A stretch of 64,000 bases of DNA from the NCBI GenBank assembly GCA_963847185.1, contig CAWJYV010000010.1, forward strand, positions 32,001-96,000, in the 5' to 3' direction. The DNA is from an uncultured Methanosarcinaceae archaeon (lineage in GTDB: Archaea > Halobacteriota > Methanosarcinia > Methanosarcinales > Methanosarcinaceae). Below the pieces are notes generated by a model, which ran no database searches, was not told the origin of the DNA, and was given only the letters and a program-made list of their open reading frames with translations. Below are positions 22,032 through 33,623 of the stretch, in pieces (the first letter of the stretch is position 1; each line of letters starts with the position of its first letter). Both the position numbers and the translations under genes were made by a program.

Positions 22032-23171
22032 TAGGACTTACGCATTTGCCTGCTTTGCAGGCAACTTTTTAATTTTTTCGATATTTAGGTTAAGGTATAG
22101 ATTGGCTTTTTTAAAAATTGACTAACAGCATTTCTTGTAATGTTCCACTTTGTTTCAAACCATGTAACTCCTGTTTTTATCCTTTGAATTTCAAATCTTA
22201 GAAATGCTCTTATTGCCATCATAATATGTGCTCTCTGCACATTGTTTCTTCTTGCCTGACAGCGTTCTACTCCACAAAACTGTTTTATTCCCCTATGATA
22301 CTCTTCAATTTTCCAGGCTTTTTTCCCTAACTCTTTCCTTTTTTCTTCTTTCATATCCAGTACATCTGTAGCCCAGTATTGCGCGTCTCCGTCCTTGGAA
22401 ACTATCCAAAATACCTTAATAAAGCCATATTCTTTCAGATGAACTGTCATTCCTTCTGGTGGAATAGTTAACAATTCAATTGCTACATTACCAGTCTTAT
22501 CAGGGTTAACTAACCGGTTTTTCTTCAACCTTGTTAACCAGTGCCATCCTTTTTTCCTGATGTCTTTGAGATTCTTTATGCTTGAATACCATGTATCAAA
22601 AAGAACAAATTCTGGTCTAAAACCACGTTCTTCTGCCTTATTTAGCATGTCAAGGAAGTGATCATTTTTTGTTTTTCCGTCAGTATCTATATCGTAAATT
22701 CTAAAGTCAACAGGAATTATAGCATCATTATATGTCCAGACAACGGTTTCAAGATTGATTCCATTTACAATCTGATGATGTTTACCACTCCATTGCCTGT
22801 AAACAAGATCGATGTGTTTGGAATAAGGTTTATCGAGAACAGTATCATCGATAATAAGAAAGCCAGTTTCAGGAATGACAAAAGTCTTGACTTCGTCCCA
22901 TAAAGCCTCCGTTTCCGGAGGCTGCCTTAGAAGAAGACGAGAAAAAGAGTCATGAGATGGACTATTAGAGTCTATAAAACTGCACTTAGAAGCTTCAGTA
23001 CAGCTGAAGACGCGAGAAGAAGCAATGAGAAAGTTGATATAATCAAGTTCAGTGCATTTAGCAGGATTTATTTAATTCAACTCAAAGATTTTTTTGATTA
23101 TATTGCATATATTATATTAAAAGATGTATTTTAATATGATTTACAAAAGTGCTTCAACCGCGTAAGTCCTA
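22032..23171 (-). mobile_element. IS701-family insertion sequence
   Basis: TIR TAGGACTTACGC / GCGTAAGTCCTA; DR TAAGA (22027-22031, 23172-23176). Confidence 0.88.
22085..23071 (-). CDS. IS701-family transposase, 328-codon open frame beginning at ATA
   Basis: Continuous frame INPAKCTELDYINFLIA...IIDDTVLDK...FDTWYS...WKIEEYHRGIKQ; the ORF track captured only the last 187 aa. Confidence 0.8.
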   Translation of the reverse strand: MNPAKCTELDYINFLIASSRVFSCTEASKCSFIDSNSPSHDSFSRLLLRQPPETEALWDEVKTFVIPETGFLIIDDTVLDKPYSKHIDLVYRQWSGKHHQIVNGINLETVVWTYNDAIIPVDFRIYDIDTDGKTKNDHFLDMLNKAEERGFRPEFVLFDTWYSSIKNLKDIRKKGWHWLTRLKKNRLVNPDKTGNVAIELLTIPPEGMTVHLKEYGFIKVFWIVSKDGDAQYWATDVLDMKEEKRKELGKKAWKIEEYHRGIKQFCGVERCQARRNNVQRAHIMMAIRAFLRFEIQRIKTGVTWFETKWNITRNAVSQFLKKPIYTLT

Positions 23172-23537
23172 TAAGATATAGATTTTCCAAAGAACAAATA
23201 GAGTATTTAAATCAAATTAAATGGTGGGACAAAGATATTAATTGGATAAAAAAACACCAAAATCTATTTCAGGACATTAATAACTTCATTGGATATTTTA
23301 AAAATTAAGCAAATTCCAACTCTGCTTCTCGATGATGAACTTAACAAAAATTTGGATAATTTACTGACCAATGATAAAAAAGAATATCTGAATTGCATAC
23401 GCGTATGATTGAAAAAAACAATAATAAAAAATGAATTACTATGCCTATGTTTTGAAATTTGAAAGTTATACTAAGTTGATCAAATAATCTTATTCATTAT
23501 TCGGAAATCATTATTTATCAATTGGCGGGAGAAATTT

Positions 23538-25458
23538 ATGACCAAATTGATATCTGTTATAACACCTTCTTACAATGCTGCAGATTATATCGAAGAGGCA
23601 ATAGAAAGTGTGCTGAATCAAAGCTATAAATTCTATGAGCATATCATAGTGGATGGAGGCTCTACTGACGGAACGCTAGATATCCTGAAAAAATATCCTC
23701 ACCTGAAGTGGATATCTGAACCAGATAATGGCCAATCAGATGCTATGAACAAAGGTTTCACGTATTCAAAAGGTGACATCATAGTTTACCTGAATGCCGA
23801 TGATTATTTTGATCCAGACGCTTTTCTTGCAGTAATCAACTCTTTCAACGAAGAAAGAAATACAGATATAGTTGTTGGGAACTTAAAGATAGAATTTGAA
23901 GGTGGTAACAGCGAGATTACCGGAATAAATTTTAAACCAGATCTGTTTTCTATGCTGAATTGGTGGAAATCCGATTGTTATCCCTACAATCCGGTTTCCT
24001 ACTTTTATTTGAGGAAAGTCCAGGAATGCATTCAATTTGATACGAAACTATAGTCTTCAACGTAACTTATTACACGTATTAACACCTATCTACTTATATG
24101 GTGGGGAAAGAACACATTCCAATTGATCAAAAATTAGCTCTTGATGAAATCAACGTTTTAATCAAAGGTGAAACCAATTCAAGAGTGCTTAAAAGGCTCT
24201 ATTTTGTAAAATTTAGATTTTTAGGGGATTCAGTAGAAGAAGCCGCTACTAAAGTTGGAGTTACTAAGAAAACAGGATATTACTGGCAAGATGCCTGGAA
24301 TAAAGGCGGCTATGCCGCCTTAATACCAAATTTTGGTGGGGGTAGAAAATCCAAGCTTACCGATGATCAAATAAAAGAGTTAAGAATCTTGCTGGAAAAA
24401 AAAGATCATTGGACTACAAGAGAAGCTTTGGAGTTAATAAAGGAAAAATATGGGGTAGAGTATTCACAGAAACAAGTAGGAGTTATACTGCATAGTTTTA
24501 ACATGTATCATTCAAAACCATATACTCTTGACTACAGAAGACCTAAAAATGCTGAGGAAATTTTAAAAAAAGTTAATAGAAGCAATTCCAGCATATATTG
24601 GTCCAGATGATCAATATCTTATAGGTTTTTTGGATGAATCCTCACCACAAACAAAAGCAAATACGCAACGATTATGGTCATTTAAAAAGCCTTTGATAAC
24701 AAAAAATACAGATTATATAAAAGCAAATGCGTTTGCATTCTATTCGATTAATGGTAGAAATCTCATCGATTTTATGGAAAGTTCAAAAGCAGAAAATGTA
24801 TGTGAATTCCTTGAGAAAATTGTGGAACAGAATTTAGGGAAAAGAATAATTCTTGTTCTGGATAATTCAAGGTCACATCATGCTGATAAAACGGTAAGGA
24901 AAGCAAGAGAATTAAATATAACACTTGTGTTTCTTCCTCCTTATTCACCAGATCTAAATCCTGTAGAATTTGTATGGAAAACGATTAAGAGAGAAGTATC
25001 TGTTAGATTTATTCAATCAAAAGAACATTTAAAAAAGATTATCAAAAATGAATTTATGAAAGTGGAAAACTCATTATCATTTGCAAAGAAATGGATGGAA
25101 ACATTCAATCTACAAATAAAAAGTGTAATTTGTTGAGTCAGGAACTATAAATTACAGCATGGATTATAAGTTTTTAGTAGATGTTTCCGTAAACAAGTTC
25201 AGGTTTAAAAAAATAAACGATATTTTAGGAACTTTCAGATTAAGGAAAGGTTGCAAAACATTTGAATCAAATAATTCCCAATATTCTAGAAATTGCTACG
25301 GTTTTACACAGAATTATTGGAAATACTGCACAGTCAGCCAAAAAATATACCTTTTTACTCATCATTATAGCAATTTATATAAAATTAATCATTACTTGAA
25401 TTATTCAAAAAGACCTCTTCTCTACTTCTACCATATTTTACTAAACAAAATTCAATAA
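23538..25458 (+). pseudogene. GT2 glycosyltransferase interrupted by IS630
   Basis: Removing 24051-25149 restores in-frame ...FDTKL-NYSMDYKF...; VDGGSTDG, GQSDAMNKG, LNADD motifs. Confidence 0.88.
24051..25147 (+). mobile_element. IS630-family insertion sequence (orfA 24098-24610, orfB to 25136)
   Basis: TA duplication (24049-24050, 25148-25149); HTH orfA; DES, LDN, PYSPDLNPVE motifs in orfB; A-run slippery site at ~24565-24572. Confidence 0.92.
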
Positions 25459-25588
25459 GATTAGAGTTCGGTTGAGTGAACCAAAAGTTCTAATCGGATA
25501 TAAAAATCTTACCTGAAAAATTGGAAATAATTTGAATTTATGAATTAAAACAGCTATCTAAAATTTGGATAACAGAAGGTATAATATT

Positions 25589-26496
25589 GTGGTTAATAAA
25601 TTTAAGATTTCTATTATTATTCCAACATTAAATCGGGCAAATTATCTGGAAAATACACTTGAATCCCTTATCAATCAAAATTATTCATCGATCAATTTGA
25701 GATACTTATAGTAGATGGAGGATCTACGGATAGCACAAAAGATATTTGTGACAGATTTATTAAAATGAACCAGAATTATTCAATTCGCTATATATATGAA
25801 CCGGAACCAGGACTACTATCAGGACGGCATAAGGGAGCACAAGAAGCGAACGGGGAGATATTTACATTTATTGATGATGATATTGAAGCATCTCCAAGCT
25901 AGCTATCTTCCATATATGATGCATTTAGTGATCCAAATATTCACCTTGTTGGTGGAAAAAATCTACCTAAATTCGAAGCAAATCCTCCCTTATGGTTAAA
26001 AGATCTCTGGATAACCACACCATATGGAGGAAAAGCTTGTGGATATTTGAGTCTCCTTGATTTAGGAGAAGAAATACAAAAAATTCATCCAAATTACGTG
26101 TGGGGCTTAAATTTTTCAATAAGAAGAAAAACCTTTTTTGATATGTATTTCCAAGGAGTTGCGAATTCGTATTCTGATATTAAAAAAAGTAGAACTTCAA
26201 TAACAAATTCTTCGTCTTCAATAAATGGAACTAAAGATTCATTTAAAAGATATTTATGTAACATTGTAAAAGTTGCATTATCCATGCCTATTTATTTAAA
26301 ATCTTCAAAGGATGTAAAACTGATAAAAAAGAAAATGGGACACGCCTATAATGATGGATATAAGTTCCATCAGATCCAAGCAAAAAATGATCCAGTCTTA
26401 TTAAAATGGATTTTAAAAGAAAATTATTGGGATTATTATTTGCGGCCTTATATGCATGGCAATGAGAGTACAGGTACAATGGAAAAGAGTTATTGA
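25589..26496 (+). pseudogene. GT2 glycosyltransferase pseudogene
   Basis: GTG start, ISIIIPTLNR; frameshift near 25690; VDGGSTD and FIDDD; in-frame TAG at 25900-25902; apparent internal deletion near 26140. Confidence 0.78.
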
Positions 26497-26955
26497 AAAA
26501 AATTATCACTTTAACTGAATGCTATTATGCTCAAAGTTTAGCAGCTCAGTTTCTTAAAAAACTACTGCAAATTACAGCCATAGGGAGTTCAGCTCATAAA
26601 GTTCAGCCATTCAGGAAGAAATATTCCATCTGATGTATAAACCTGCGGGACCTGGGGGAATATTTCTGAACTTTCCTGACATCGATTTTTAAAATTCAAT
26701 TTTATGTTTTGCAGAAGTTATTCCATTTATCCGCTGACCTCATAAGTTATTTTTCAGAATATTAGTTGATGATATAAGTTATATTTCTCTTGCCAAAAAT
26801 TTTTCCATTATCACTACTCTTCAATTATTATATTATCGTCTCTGTTTAAATAAATTTATATAGTTGTACTTGAATATCATTGTACAAAAATTTATTTTTT
26901 GAGGGGATTTCACAGTCATAATATCCTTCAGATTAAGCGATCTTTGAGGTCTCAT

Positions 26956-27085
26956 GAACTGATCCAAAGCTATTTTGGCATTATTAATCAAAAATATTTT
27001 AAGAATCTTTTGTGAGCAGAAATTCAACTGGTTACTCAAAAGATGAGATTCAAATAAGGCAAATTTTGAGTTTTGGGATTGGCTC
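26956..27085. mobile_element. MITE family A (degenerate)
   Basis: GAACTGATCCAAAGC ... GTTTTGGGATTGGCTC, 130 bp. Confidence 0.7.
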
Positions 27086-27112
27086 TTCAAAAATATAGGA
27101 GTTGTTATTCAA

Positions 27113-27541
27113 ATGTTCGAAGAAATTATACACAATAATGAGTTGTTGGCAATGATTGTTTCCAACACCTTCGATAAAGAAGGCATACATTTTTTTACAC
27201 CTGGGGATTTTTCTCAACAGTTAGCTTATATGAAGCATACAACAGGTAAAACAATTCATCCACATGTTCACAATCCTGTAAAAAGGGAAGTTAATTATAC
27301 TCAGGAAGTGCTTTTTATCCGTAAGGGTAAATTAAGGGTGGATTTTTACGATGAAAGTCAAAACTACATTAAAAGTAGAATTTTGGGGCCCGGGGATGTG
27401 ATCCTCCTGATCAAAGGAGGGCATGGTTTTAAAGTTCTTAATGAAGTCGAAATGTTTGAGGTTAAACAGGGGCCTTATGCTGGTGATAAAGATAAAACTA
27501 GATTTTTAGGAATAGAGGAGGTTTGTTGTATCCCAAAATGA
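27113..27541 (+). CDS. Cupin-fold protein of polysaccharide clusters
   Basis: PHVH...QEVL and GGHGF cupin metal-binding motifs; precedes an aminotransferase. Confidence 0.75.
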   Translation: MFEEIIHNNELLAMIVSNTFDKEGIHFFTPGDFSQQLAYMKHTTGKTIHPHVHNPVKREVNYTQEVLFIRKGKLRVDFYDESQNYIKSRILGPGDVILLIKGGHGFKVLNEVEMFEVKQGPYAGDKDKTRFLGIEEVCCIPK

Positions 27542-27608
27542 TTTCATAAACTGTGAGGTAAGAACTTTAATAAGTGAATTTATTTGGGGATAAAACAAAG
27601 GGGATAAA

Positions 27609-28718
27609 ATGATACCTGTAAATGAACCACTTTTAGACGGAAATGAAAAAAAATACTTAATGGAATGTATCGATACTGGATGGATCTCAAGCGAAGGGCC
27701 CTTTGTTAAAGAATTTGAAGAAAAATTTTCATCCAAAGTTGGCAGAAAGTATGGAGTTGCAGTTTGTAATGGTTCTGCGGCACTAATTGTGGCAGTAGCC
27801 TCTCTGGGACTTAGACAGGGCGATGAAGTAATTATGCCAACGTTTACAATTATTTCTTGTGCGAATGCTGTTGTCACAGCTGGTGCAATACCTGTACTGG
27901 TTGATTCTGACCCTTATACATGGAACATGGATGTAAACCAAATAGAATCCAAGATTACTCCCAAAACCAAAGCAATAATGGTTGTTCATATTTACGGGTT
28001 GCCTGTAGAGATGGACCCTGTCATAGAGATTGCTAGAAAATATGGATTGAAAATCATCGAAGACGCTGCAGAAGCCCATGGACAGACCTATAATGGAAGG
28101 CCATGTGGCAGTTTCGGAGATATCAGTGCGTTTAGTTTCTACCCAAATAAGCACGTAACTACGGGTGAAGGAGGAATGGTAGTTACGGATGACCAAGAAC
28201 TTGCAGAGAAATGCAGATCTTTACGTAATCTTTGTTTTCAAGCAAATAGAAGATTTTTTCATGAAGAAATAGGCTGGAACTTTAGAATGACGAATCTTCA
28301 AGCTGCAGTCGGTCTGGCACAACTTGAAAGACTAGATGAGTTTGTAAAGAAGAAGAGGAAAATGGGGAAATATTATACTGAAAAATTGAATGAATTAGAA
28401 TTCATACAACTCCCTCTCGAAAAAACGTCTTACGCAGACAATATATACTGGGTCTATGGGATGGTATTAAGTGATCAACTCAATTTTGACGCAAGTGAAA
28501 TAATGAAGAGGCTTGGAACGAAAAACATAGGTACAAGATCGTTTTTCTTCCCGATGCACGAACAACCTGTTTTTCATAAAATGGGACTCTTTATAAATGA
28601 ACGTTATCCTCTTGCAGAAAAAATTGCCAGAAGAGGTTTTTATGTGCCAAGTGGACTTGCTTTGACAGAAATACAAGCGGATGAAGTAGTACAAGCCATA
28701 AAAGAGGTCATAAGATGA
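27609..28718 (+). CDS. DegT/DnrJ/EryC1/StrS aminotransferase (perosamine synthase-like)
   Basis: GWISSEG, IIEDAAEAHG, SFYPNKHVTTGEGG (PLP lysine), NFRMTNLQAAVG. Confidence 0.92.
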   Translation: MIPVNEPLLDGNEKKYLMECIDTGWISSEGPFVKEFEEKFSSKVGRKYGVAVCNGSAALIVAVASLGLRQGDEVIMPTFTIISCANAVVTAGAIPVLVDSDPYTWNMDVNQIESKITPKTKAIMVVHIYGLPVEMDPVIEIARKYGLKIIEDAAEAHGQTYNGRPCGSFGDISAFSFYPNKHVTTGEGGMVVTDDQELAEKCRSLRNLCFQANRRFFHEEIGWNFRMTNLQAAVGLAQLERLDEFVKKKRKMGKYYTEKLNELEFIQLPLEKTSYADNIYWVYGMVLSDQLNFDASEIMKRLGTKNIGTRSFFFPMHEQPVFHKMGLFINERYPLAEKIARRGFYVPSGLALTEIQADEVVQAIKEVIR

Positions 28719-29465
28719 ATACTTTTGGGGACTATTCAAAATATTATAACTTACTGTACAAAGATAAAGAATATTCAAAAGAAGTAGATTATGTATCAAA
28801 TTTAATAAAAAAGTATAGTCCTGAGGCGAAAACGATTTTAGATCTTGGCTGCGGAACCGGAAGACATGATGAGCTTTTCATAAAACATGGTTTCTCTGTA
28901 TGGGGAGTAGATATAAGTGAAAAAATGTTAGAAGAAGCAAATAAATTAGCTGAAAATGATAAATTATGTTTTTGAGAGGGGATATTCGAAATATAGAATT
29001 AAACAAACAATTTGATGTAGTTACTTCATTATTTCATGTAATCAGCTATCAAACAACAAATGAAGATATACTAAGGACACTTTGAAACAGCTTCTAAAGC
29101 ATTTGGAAAATATGGCATATTTATATTTGATTGTTGGTACGGGCCTGCAGTTTTAAGTGAGAAACCCAATATAAGAGTCAAAAAACTGGAAGACGGAAAA
29201 TACAAAACTTCTTCGAATCGCAGAACCTGTAATGCATCCAAATGAAAATGTAGTGGATGTTAATTACGAGATTCTTCTGGAAGACGGCAAAACGGCAGTT
29301 TCAGTACTTAATGAAACCCATACTATGAGATATTTGTTTAAACCAGAAATTGAAAGTTTCATGGAAAATAGAGGTTTTAGGTTGGTAAGATGTGAAGAGT
29401 GGTTAAGCGGAAATCAATCTGGATTTAATACATGGGGAGTAACGTTTCTAGGATTAAAAAAGTAA
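28715..29465 (+). pseudogene. Class I SAM-dependent methyltransferase, multiple frameshifts
   Basis: ILDLGCGTG; other frames give GDIRNI..FDVVTSLFHVISY and FIFDCWYGPAV; ends H.MRYLFKPEI. Confidence 0.8.
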
Positions 29466-29472
29466 AAATTTT

Positions 29473-29593
29473 AGCTTCATAGAAATCCTCTGAAATAATG
29501 AACTCCATTAATTTGAAACAAGCAGCCTGACACATTTTTATTTTGTTCATTTCAGTCCTTTGGAGCTGGTTTAGATAATTTTTCTACAAAGCC
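29473..29593. mobile_element. MITE family B, uninterrupted 121-bp copy
   Basis: AGCTTCATAGAAATCC ... TTTCTACAAAGCC; collinear with the reverse complement of the split copy at 14536-15398. Confidence 0.75.
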
Positions 29594-29759
29594 TCATTGA
29601 GATCATGAAAGGCAATGCAGAGAGATACTGAAGGAATGAAGGCATCAGGGAGAACACTCACCGAAAAAGAATGGGCAGAGAATAGTATCGGATTCTGTAG
29701 CTGATGTAAATGGGAAAATAGAAAGGAGAAAAATTTTTAATTATATTAGGAGTGGGATC

Positions 29760-30845
29760 ATGAGAAAAAAGATATTAGTCATTGGATTTCAAAAAAAGGA
29801 TGAGAACATGTATCCCCATTTGAAAGTTTTCATAGATTCACTTTCCGATCATTGTGAAATAAAGTATTTCTTTTTTCGAGAAAGAGGAGGATTTATCGAA
29901 CCTGCATACACAATGCCATGGAAACCAGGCACATACAGATCTGTAATGAAAGGAGCTTTAAATTCTATTATTGACACAATAAAATTGATATTAATCCGTG
30001 ATAAGTATGATTCCATTATTGCGATTGATTTGTATACGTATGCGATTACTGCAAAAGTACAAAATAATGTAAAAGTTATTTTATGGAGTCACGATTTCGT
30101 AGGTATAGACCATCCAATTTATAACACATTTTTCATCAGATATGTTTACTCAAATTCTGTAAGAAATCTGATTAAAAATAATAAGATAATAATCCAAGAT
30201 CCAAATAGATTGAAAGCTCTACTAGAATGTTTAAAAATACCAGATTTTGCTCCAGATGTATATTATATGCCAGTATTTTTGGAGAGTCTTTCTTTAATGT
30301 TTAAATCAGAATTATCTTCTATAAGCAGGCCAAGGATTTTACAATGTGGCGGAATAGGGAAATACCGTTCAAGTGATAAGCTACTCCATCATTATCAAAT
30401 TCATGCTGATAATTATCGTTTGTTGTTTCACGGATTTATTTTTAAAGATCTTATGGAAGAAGTAGAAAAAAGCCTAATAAAACCAATAATCTCATCAAAA
30501 ATTATTGACAGTAAATCTCTGTATCAGATCATTGACTTTTGCGATATTGGCTTTGTAAGTTATGAAACAAATGATGTAAACCATCGTTATCTATCAAAAG
30601 CATCTGGCCAGATGGTTGAGTTTTTACGGATGGGTAAGCCTGTAATTGTAATGGGCAAATCGGACTTAAACGAGTTTGTTGAAGCAGCAGGCATTGGTGT
30701 TGGAATTAACAGTATAAATGAATTAAACCATGCAATTGAGATTGTAAAAACGGATTATAATAAATATTCAAATAATTGCATTCAATGTTTCAATGATTAT
30801 TTCAATGTAAATCTGTATATCCCAAAATTTCTGGATTGGATATAA
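29760..30845 (+). CDS. Putative GT-B glycosyltransferase
   Basis: DIGFVSY...SGQMVEFLRMGKPVIV resembles the GT4 EX7E region; cluster context. Confidence 0.65.
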   Translation: MRKKILVIGFQKKDENMYPHLKVFIDSLSDHCEIKYFFFRERGGFIEPAYTMPWKPGTYRSVMKGALNSIIDTIKLILIRDKYDSIIAIDLYTYAITAKVQNNVKVILWSHDFVGIDHPIYNTFFIRYVYSNSVRNLIKNNKIIIQDPNRLKALLECLKIPDFAPDVYYMPVFLESLSLMFKSELSSISRPRILQCGGIGKYRSSDKLLHHYQIHADNYRLLFHGFIFKDLMEEVEKSLIKPIISSKIIDSKSLYQIIDFCDIGFVSYETNDVNHRYLSKASGQMVEFLRMGKPVIVMGKSDLNEFVEAAGIGVGINSINELNHAIEIVKTDYNKYSNNCIQCFNDYFNVNLYIPKFLDWI

Positions 30846-30846
30846 A

Positions 30847-32055
30847 ATGAGTGGATATATGATTGATCGAGGAAAGATTAAGGACATAATGGGCTATTAT
30901 TTGCCAAAGCAAATAACTAATTTTATCAATAAATCCCGTATCTTTTACCATTTTTATCAAAATATCAATTATGATCCCAAATTTAACCATCAAAAAAAAA
31001 TATTAATATCATATATTACATCCCCCTTAAAAAATGACACTTCAAAATTCATATTACATACTAATTTTATCGAATGCCTTGAAATATTAAAAACATTTAT
31101 TGATTGGGGATATTCCATTGATTTCATAGATTGCCTTGACAATAGACATAACTCAGAAATTGAGAAAAAAAAATATGATATAATTTTTGGATTTGGTAAA
31201 CCATTTAATTATGCCTCTGTAAAAAATCCAGATGCATTAAAAATTATTTATTTAACAGAATCACATCCAGATTTTTCGTTAAGGGCTGAAGTGGGAAGAA
31301 ATGAATATTTTTATCAGCGCCACAAAAGAAAAACATGCATAACAAGATCTGGATTCTATTATAAAAATCAAGATATTAAACTTGCAGATTACGGAATTAT
31401 TATTGGTAATAGTTTTACGTCTCAGACATATGTATTTCCTGAAGGAAAATTGTATACTCTTGCTCCTACAGGACTATTAAATAAAAATTATACTCCTGGT
31501 TTAAGAGATCTTTTAAAAACGAGGGAAAATTATGTTTGGTTTGGATCGTATGGTGCTATTCATAAAGGTCTCGATATTCTTATTGATGCCTTCAATGAGC
31601 TCCCAAAATGCACTCTTTATATTTGTGGCCTTCATCCAAAGGAAAGAAGATTATTTAAAATAAATGAAGAAAACATTCACGATCTTGGATTCATACAGGT
31701 TAATACCCCTGACTTCATTCAATTAATGAATAATTGCAGTTATGTAATTTTGCCATCATGTTGTGAAGGAATGGCAACAAGTGTGTTAACCTGTATGAAT
31801 CACGGACTCCTTCCAATTGTCACACGAGAATGTGGTATTGATCTTCAAGAATGGGGGATTTATTTAGAAGATTATAAAGTAGGCTATATTAAAGAAATAA
31901 TAAGAAATTGCTCCACTTGTGATCCAGATATATTAGAAAAACATCACAAGAAAGTATACGAATATTCTCAAAGTAAATTTGTTCTACCTCGATATTCTAG
32001 AGACTTTCGACTAATATTAATGGACATTCTTTCAAAAAATAAGGGGAAAGCATGA
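30847..32055 (+). CDS. Glycosyltransferase family 4
   Basis: HKGLDILIDAF; LPSCCEGMATSVLTCMNHGLLPI. Confidence 0.82.
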   Translation: MSGYMIDRGKIKDIMGYYLPKQITNFINKSRIFYHFYQNINYDPKFNHQKKILISYITSPLKNDTSKFILHTNFIECLEILKTFIDWGYSIDFIDCLDNRHNSEIEKKKYDIIFGFGKPFNYASVKNPDALKIIYLTESHPDFSLRAEVGRNEYFYQRHKRKTCITRSGFYYKNQDIKLADYGIIIGNSFTSQTYVFPEGKLYTLAPTGLLNKNYTPGLRDLLKTRENYVWFGSYGAIHKGLDILIDAFNELPKCTLYICGLHPKERRLFKINEENIHDLGFIQVNTPDFIQLMNNCSYVILPSCCEGMATSVLTCMNHGLLPIVTRECGIDLQEWGIYLEDYKVGYIKEIIRNCSTCDPDILEKHHKKVYEYSQSKFVLPRYSRDFRLILMDILSKNKGKA

Positions 32056-33284
32056 AAATACTTCATCTCACTACAAGTTTTGTCCAGCAAAGCGCTGGGT
32101 ATAGATTACATAGAGGGCTCATAAACTTAGGACTAGATTCACATGCCCTTGTGGGATTTAAAGGAATAAATGATTCTACTGTACATGGTGCTGAATCTTT
32201 GTGGGCAAATAAAGTGGCATACCTGAAAGATAGGGCTGATCAGTTACTCGTTAGACAATATCCCCACAGGACTGGAATCATCTTTTCTCCATCAATTGTT
32301 CCTGACAGAATAACCTCAAAAATTGAGAAATTCGATCCGTCAATTGTGCATCTTCACTGGATTTGTGGAGGATTTATAAGAATTGAGGCATTAAAAAAAA
32401 TTACGAGACCTATTGTATGGACACTACATGATAGCTGGGCATTTACTGGAGGTTGTCATATCCCCTATGATTGTAAAAAATATCATGAAAATTGTGGTAA
32501 ATGCCCAACATTGGGGAGCAAGACTGATCACGATTTATCGTGGCTCGTACTGTTAAGAAAAAAAAAATCATGGCAAGACTTGGAAATTGTAATTGTAACT
32601 CCGAGTACTTGGTTGCATGATTGTGTTATAAATAGTACTTTATTCTCAAATTCCCGGGTTGAAGTAATCCCAAACGGGATTAATATAAATCAATTCAAGC
32701 CAATTAATAAAGACTTTGCACGGAGTCGATTATTATTACCAAGAGATAAAAAAATTATATTATTTGGCGCAGTAAACAGTACAAGTGACCCCAACAAAGG
32801 CTTTAAACATCTAAAACAATCTTTATACCATCTTAAAGAGAAAAAAATATTTGAAAATATAGAGCTTGTAATTTTTGGAGGAGATAGATCAATAGATTTT
32901 CAATATTTAGGATTCAAAGTACATTCTTTAGGTAAAATACAAGATGATAGCACTTTGGCACTTCTCTATTCTGCAGCAGATGTTTTTGTTGCACCTTCAT
33001 TATCTGAAAACCTTCCAAATACTATATTAGAATCTCTTGCTTGCGGGACACCTTGTGTTGCATTTAACATTGGTGGCATTCCGGATTTAATCGACCATAA
33101 ATGTAATGGATATCTTGCTCCTCCTTTCAATTCAGTGGATTTTGCAGAGGGAATTGAATGGATACTATGTGATGAGACGCGTACAAAAATTCTTGCTGAG
33201 AATGCTAGAAAAAAAATAATACAGGAATTTAACATTGTAGATGTCATACATAGATATAGTGAGTTATATAACTCCATTTCTTGA
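32052..33284 (+). CDS. Glycosyltransferase family 4 (WcaC-like)
   Basis: HLHW, WTLHDSWAFTGGCH, ENLPNTILESLACGTP. Confidence 0.9.
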   Translation: MKILHLTTSFVQQSAGYRLHRGLINLGLDSHALVGFKGINDSTVHGAESLWANKVAYLKDRADQLLVRQYPHRTGIIFSPSIVPDRITSKIEKFDPSIVHLHWICGGFIRIEALKKITRPIVWTLHDSWAFTGGCHIPYDCKKYHENCGKCPTLGSKTDHDLSWLVLLRKKKSWQDLEIVIVTPSTWLHDCVINSTLFSNSRVEVIPNGININQFKPINKDFARSRLLLPRDKKIILFGAVNSTSDPNKGFKHLKQSLYHLKEKKIFENIELVIFGGDRSIDFQYLGFKVHSLGKIQDDSTLALLYSAADVFVAPSLSENLPNTILESLACGTPCVAFNIGGIPDLIDHKCNGYLAPPFNSVDFAEGIEWILCDETRTKILAENARKKIIQEFNIVDVIHRYSELYNSIS

Positions 33285-33623
33285 TTATATCCAATAAAAC
33301 TGCTATAGAATGTCAAATCTGCTGAAAATATTATCAATTTCATAGAAACGACTTTCTGAAGTAAGATTTCATAGGCAGTTTACGAAATATCTGTAAAATA
33401 TGATTTTTTTTAAATCTGTTGGTTTGAGCAGTAACAAGCTTGAAACATGAAGTATTTTGAAGACTGAAAATCAGATTACATTTGTGATCATCCTTTAAAT
33501 AAGGAACTTGAAGTTTCCTCGACTTTAACTCATTAAGCTACTTTCTATTATATCAAATGAAAACTGATTATAACTTTGTGAAATCACAGTTATCTAGGAT
33601 ACAACAATTAGGTAGGCAATCAG

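Larger units (their letters stand above)
20527..23308 (+). pseudogene. GT-A glycosyltransferase fused to a CatB/Vat-like hexapeptide O-acetyltransferase; frameshifted and split by IS701
   Basis: PIVMFVYNR..FSDG..VLEDD; 1-nt loss in the T-run at ~20855; IGKFCSIG..IGNDVWIG LbH motifs; frame resumes after the IS as YRFSKEQIEYLNQIKWWD, stop at 23308. Confidence 0.82.

Noticed and set aside
22032-24053. TAG stops at 22032 and 24051 as recoding sites
   Set aside because: Both TAGs are the first bases of inserted IS elements
25900-25902. In-frame TAG as pyrrolysine readthrough
   Set aside because: Position fits a TGG>TAG change (DDD...PSW) and the gene also has a frameshift and an apparent deletion
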